The position numbers were made by a program, and so were the translations under genes. This document shows, in pieces, positions 62,360 through 64,000 of a DNA stretch of 64,000 bases. Under the pieces are notes generated by a model. The model did no database searches. It had not been told where the DNA came from and saw only the letters and a list, made by a program, of their open reading frames with translations. Positions within the stretch are counted from its first letter, which is position 1, and every line of letters starts with the position of its first letter. Origin of the DNA: Octopus vulgaris (lineage: Eukaryota); NCBI GenBank assembly GCA_951406725.2, contig OX597816.1:30008001-30072000 (forward strand). Reading direction: 5' to 3'.

Positions 62360-62540
62360 TGTGTCTGTGTTTGTCCCCCTAGCATTACTTGACAACTGAT
62401 GCTGGTGTGTTTATTTCCCCGTAACTTAGCGATAGAATAAGTACTAGGCTTACAAAGAATAAGTCCTGGGGTCGATTTGCTCGACTAACGGTGGTGCTCC
62501 AGCATGGCCACAGTCAAATGACTGAAACAAGTAAAAGAGT
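62134..62540 (+). mobile_element. tRNA-derived SINE family A, representative copy (others at about 737-, 5776+, 10379+, 11960-, 22473+, 23990+, 31213/32483-, 42920+, 58515-, 60678-, 63018-)
   Basis: A-box-like GTGGCTGTGTGG, B-box-like GGTTCAGTCCC, internal (TA/TG)n and an AGTAAAAG tail; at least 12 copies in the window. Confidence 0.85.
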
Positions 62541-63772
62541 AGGTGTGTGGTGGGGCTTGTTTCATTAGGTTTATGATAGGTACCATATGATCCAATATGT
62601 CCTTGCTTTGGGATAACGGTAGAATAAGATATTTCTAGCAGATTGTATGATCAGAAAGAGACTTTGACATGGGATTGTTTGTAGTATGGTGATGTTGTTT
62701 AGCCCCAGGTCAACACTGATCGATCTATGATCAAGGGTGTCCCAGACACACAATCGGGCTTTTTTTTTTTTTTTGTATTTACATACATTATCCAATGCGA
62801 ACTTCTTTTTCAAGATTTTAGGGTGTGATTCGAAGGATATTTGGTTGCTATTTTCTGCCGATCTCTCGACCAGAACATCCAGCTATTGTTATCACTGTTG
62901 CTGCTGCTACTGCTGTTATTGTTGTTGTCGTTGTTGTTTAGTTCGAAATCACCTCTGATTCAGCAGACCTGTGATATCAAAGGCTGTCGAATCATGACCA
63001 TACCCCGACTACATTATCTCTTTTACTCTTTTACTCTTTTACTTGTTTCAGTCATTTGACTGCGGCCATGCTGGAGCACCACCTTTAGTCGAGCAAATCG
63101 ACACGGGGACTTATTCTTTCTAAGCTCAGTACTTATTCTATCGGTCTATTTTGCCGAACCGCTAAGTGACGGGGACGTAAACACACCAGCATCGGTTGTC
63201 AAGCAATGCTAGGGGGACGAACACAAACACACAAACACACATATATATATATACATATATACGACAGGCTTCTTTCAGTTTCCGTCTACCAAATCCACTC
63301 ACAAGGCATTGGTCGGCCCGGGGCTATAGCAGAAGACACTTGCCCAATATGCCACGCAGTGGGACTGAACCCGGAACCATGTGGTTGGTTAGCAAGCTAC
63401 TTACCACACAGCCACTCACATTTCTTCCTCTCTTCTTTAATTTACTGAAGACGAGAGGGTGGTTTCGGAGATATGACAGAGATTTGACTTCTATTACTAG
63501 GACCTTGAAAGACCATATTGAGGTTTCTTCATTGGCTCGTGTCTGTAACATATTGTTTTCATGGCAAATGTTAGGGGAAGGGGGTACGAATTCATATATT
63601 CACTGCCAACAGGGACGGTCGTATTGATATTCGATCTGTTAGGTGAACAAACAACTGGTGTCAGTATTGATGACAACTATTGAATGTCAGAACAATTATT
63701 ACAGGTGGCAGTACTAAAACACATCAACATGGGTGTGTGTGTGTATGTACGTGTATGTTTGTGTGTGTGTGT

Positions 63773-63813
<41 letters not shown>

Positions 63814-64000
63814 TGAGTTTATACGAGCGTATAAGTGAAATAATAGCTTAAGAATTTGTCTGCGAGTGAGCTTGTGTGTGATTAATTACATATATAGTCG
63901 TATCTAGATACACATACACACACATAAGAAAGTGCGTGCGTGCGTGTGTGTGTGTGCGCGCGTTTATATGTATGTGGGTGTGTGCACAATGAAAAATGAA

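Overview
AT-rich, microsatellite-dense eukaryotic DNA. The SINE families and simple-repeat load look like octopus (coleoid cephalopod), which is an inference. One host gene is present: 13 coding exons of KATNAL2 (katanin p60 subunit A-like 2, AAA+ ATPase) on the + strand, 3910-39319. The splice phases are consistent and give about 456 aa, with Walker A GPPGTGKT, Walker B IFLDE, the SRH and the C-terminal WQKEFESV; the N-terminal LisH exons lie upstream of the window. Nearly all ORF-track entries are SINE or microsatellite artefacts. The rest is transposon debris: four SINE-like families, RTE, R4/Dong and Hero LINE fragments, mariner/Tc1, hAT and Merlin-like MITEs, Helitrons, and several Penelope-like elements (PLEs). 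The most notable unannotated layer is about ten minimal type-I hammerhead ribozyme (HHR) motifs with unrelated flanking sequences. One has a complete fold (49063-49151, minus strand) and one lies 1.3 kb past the KATNAL2 poly(A) signal. Two are core-variant copies inside a TSD-flanked fold-back element with 238-bp arms (43463-44006). The flank of that element, plus about 26 nt of its arm, was copied 20 kb upstream into a KATNAL2 intron. TE boundaries are approximate unless a TSD or TIR is given.
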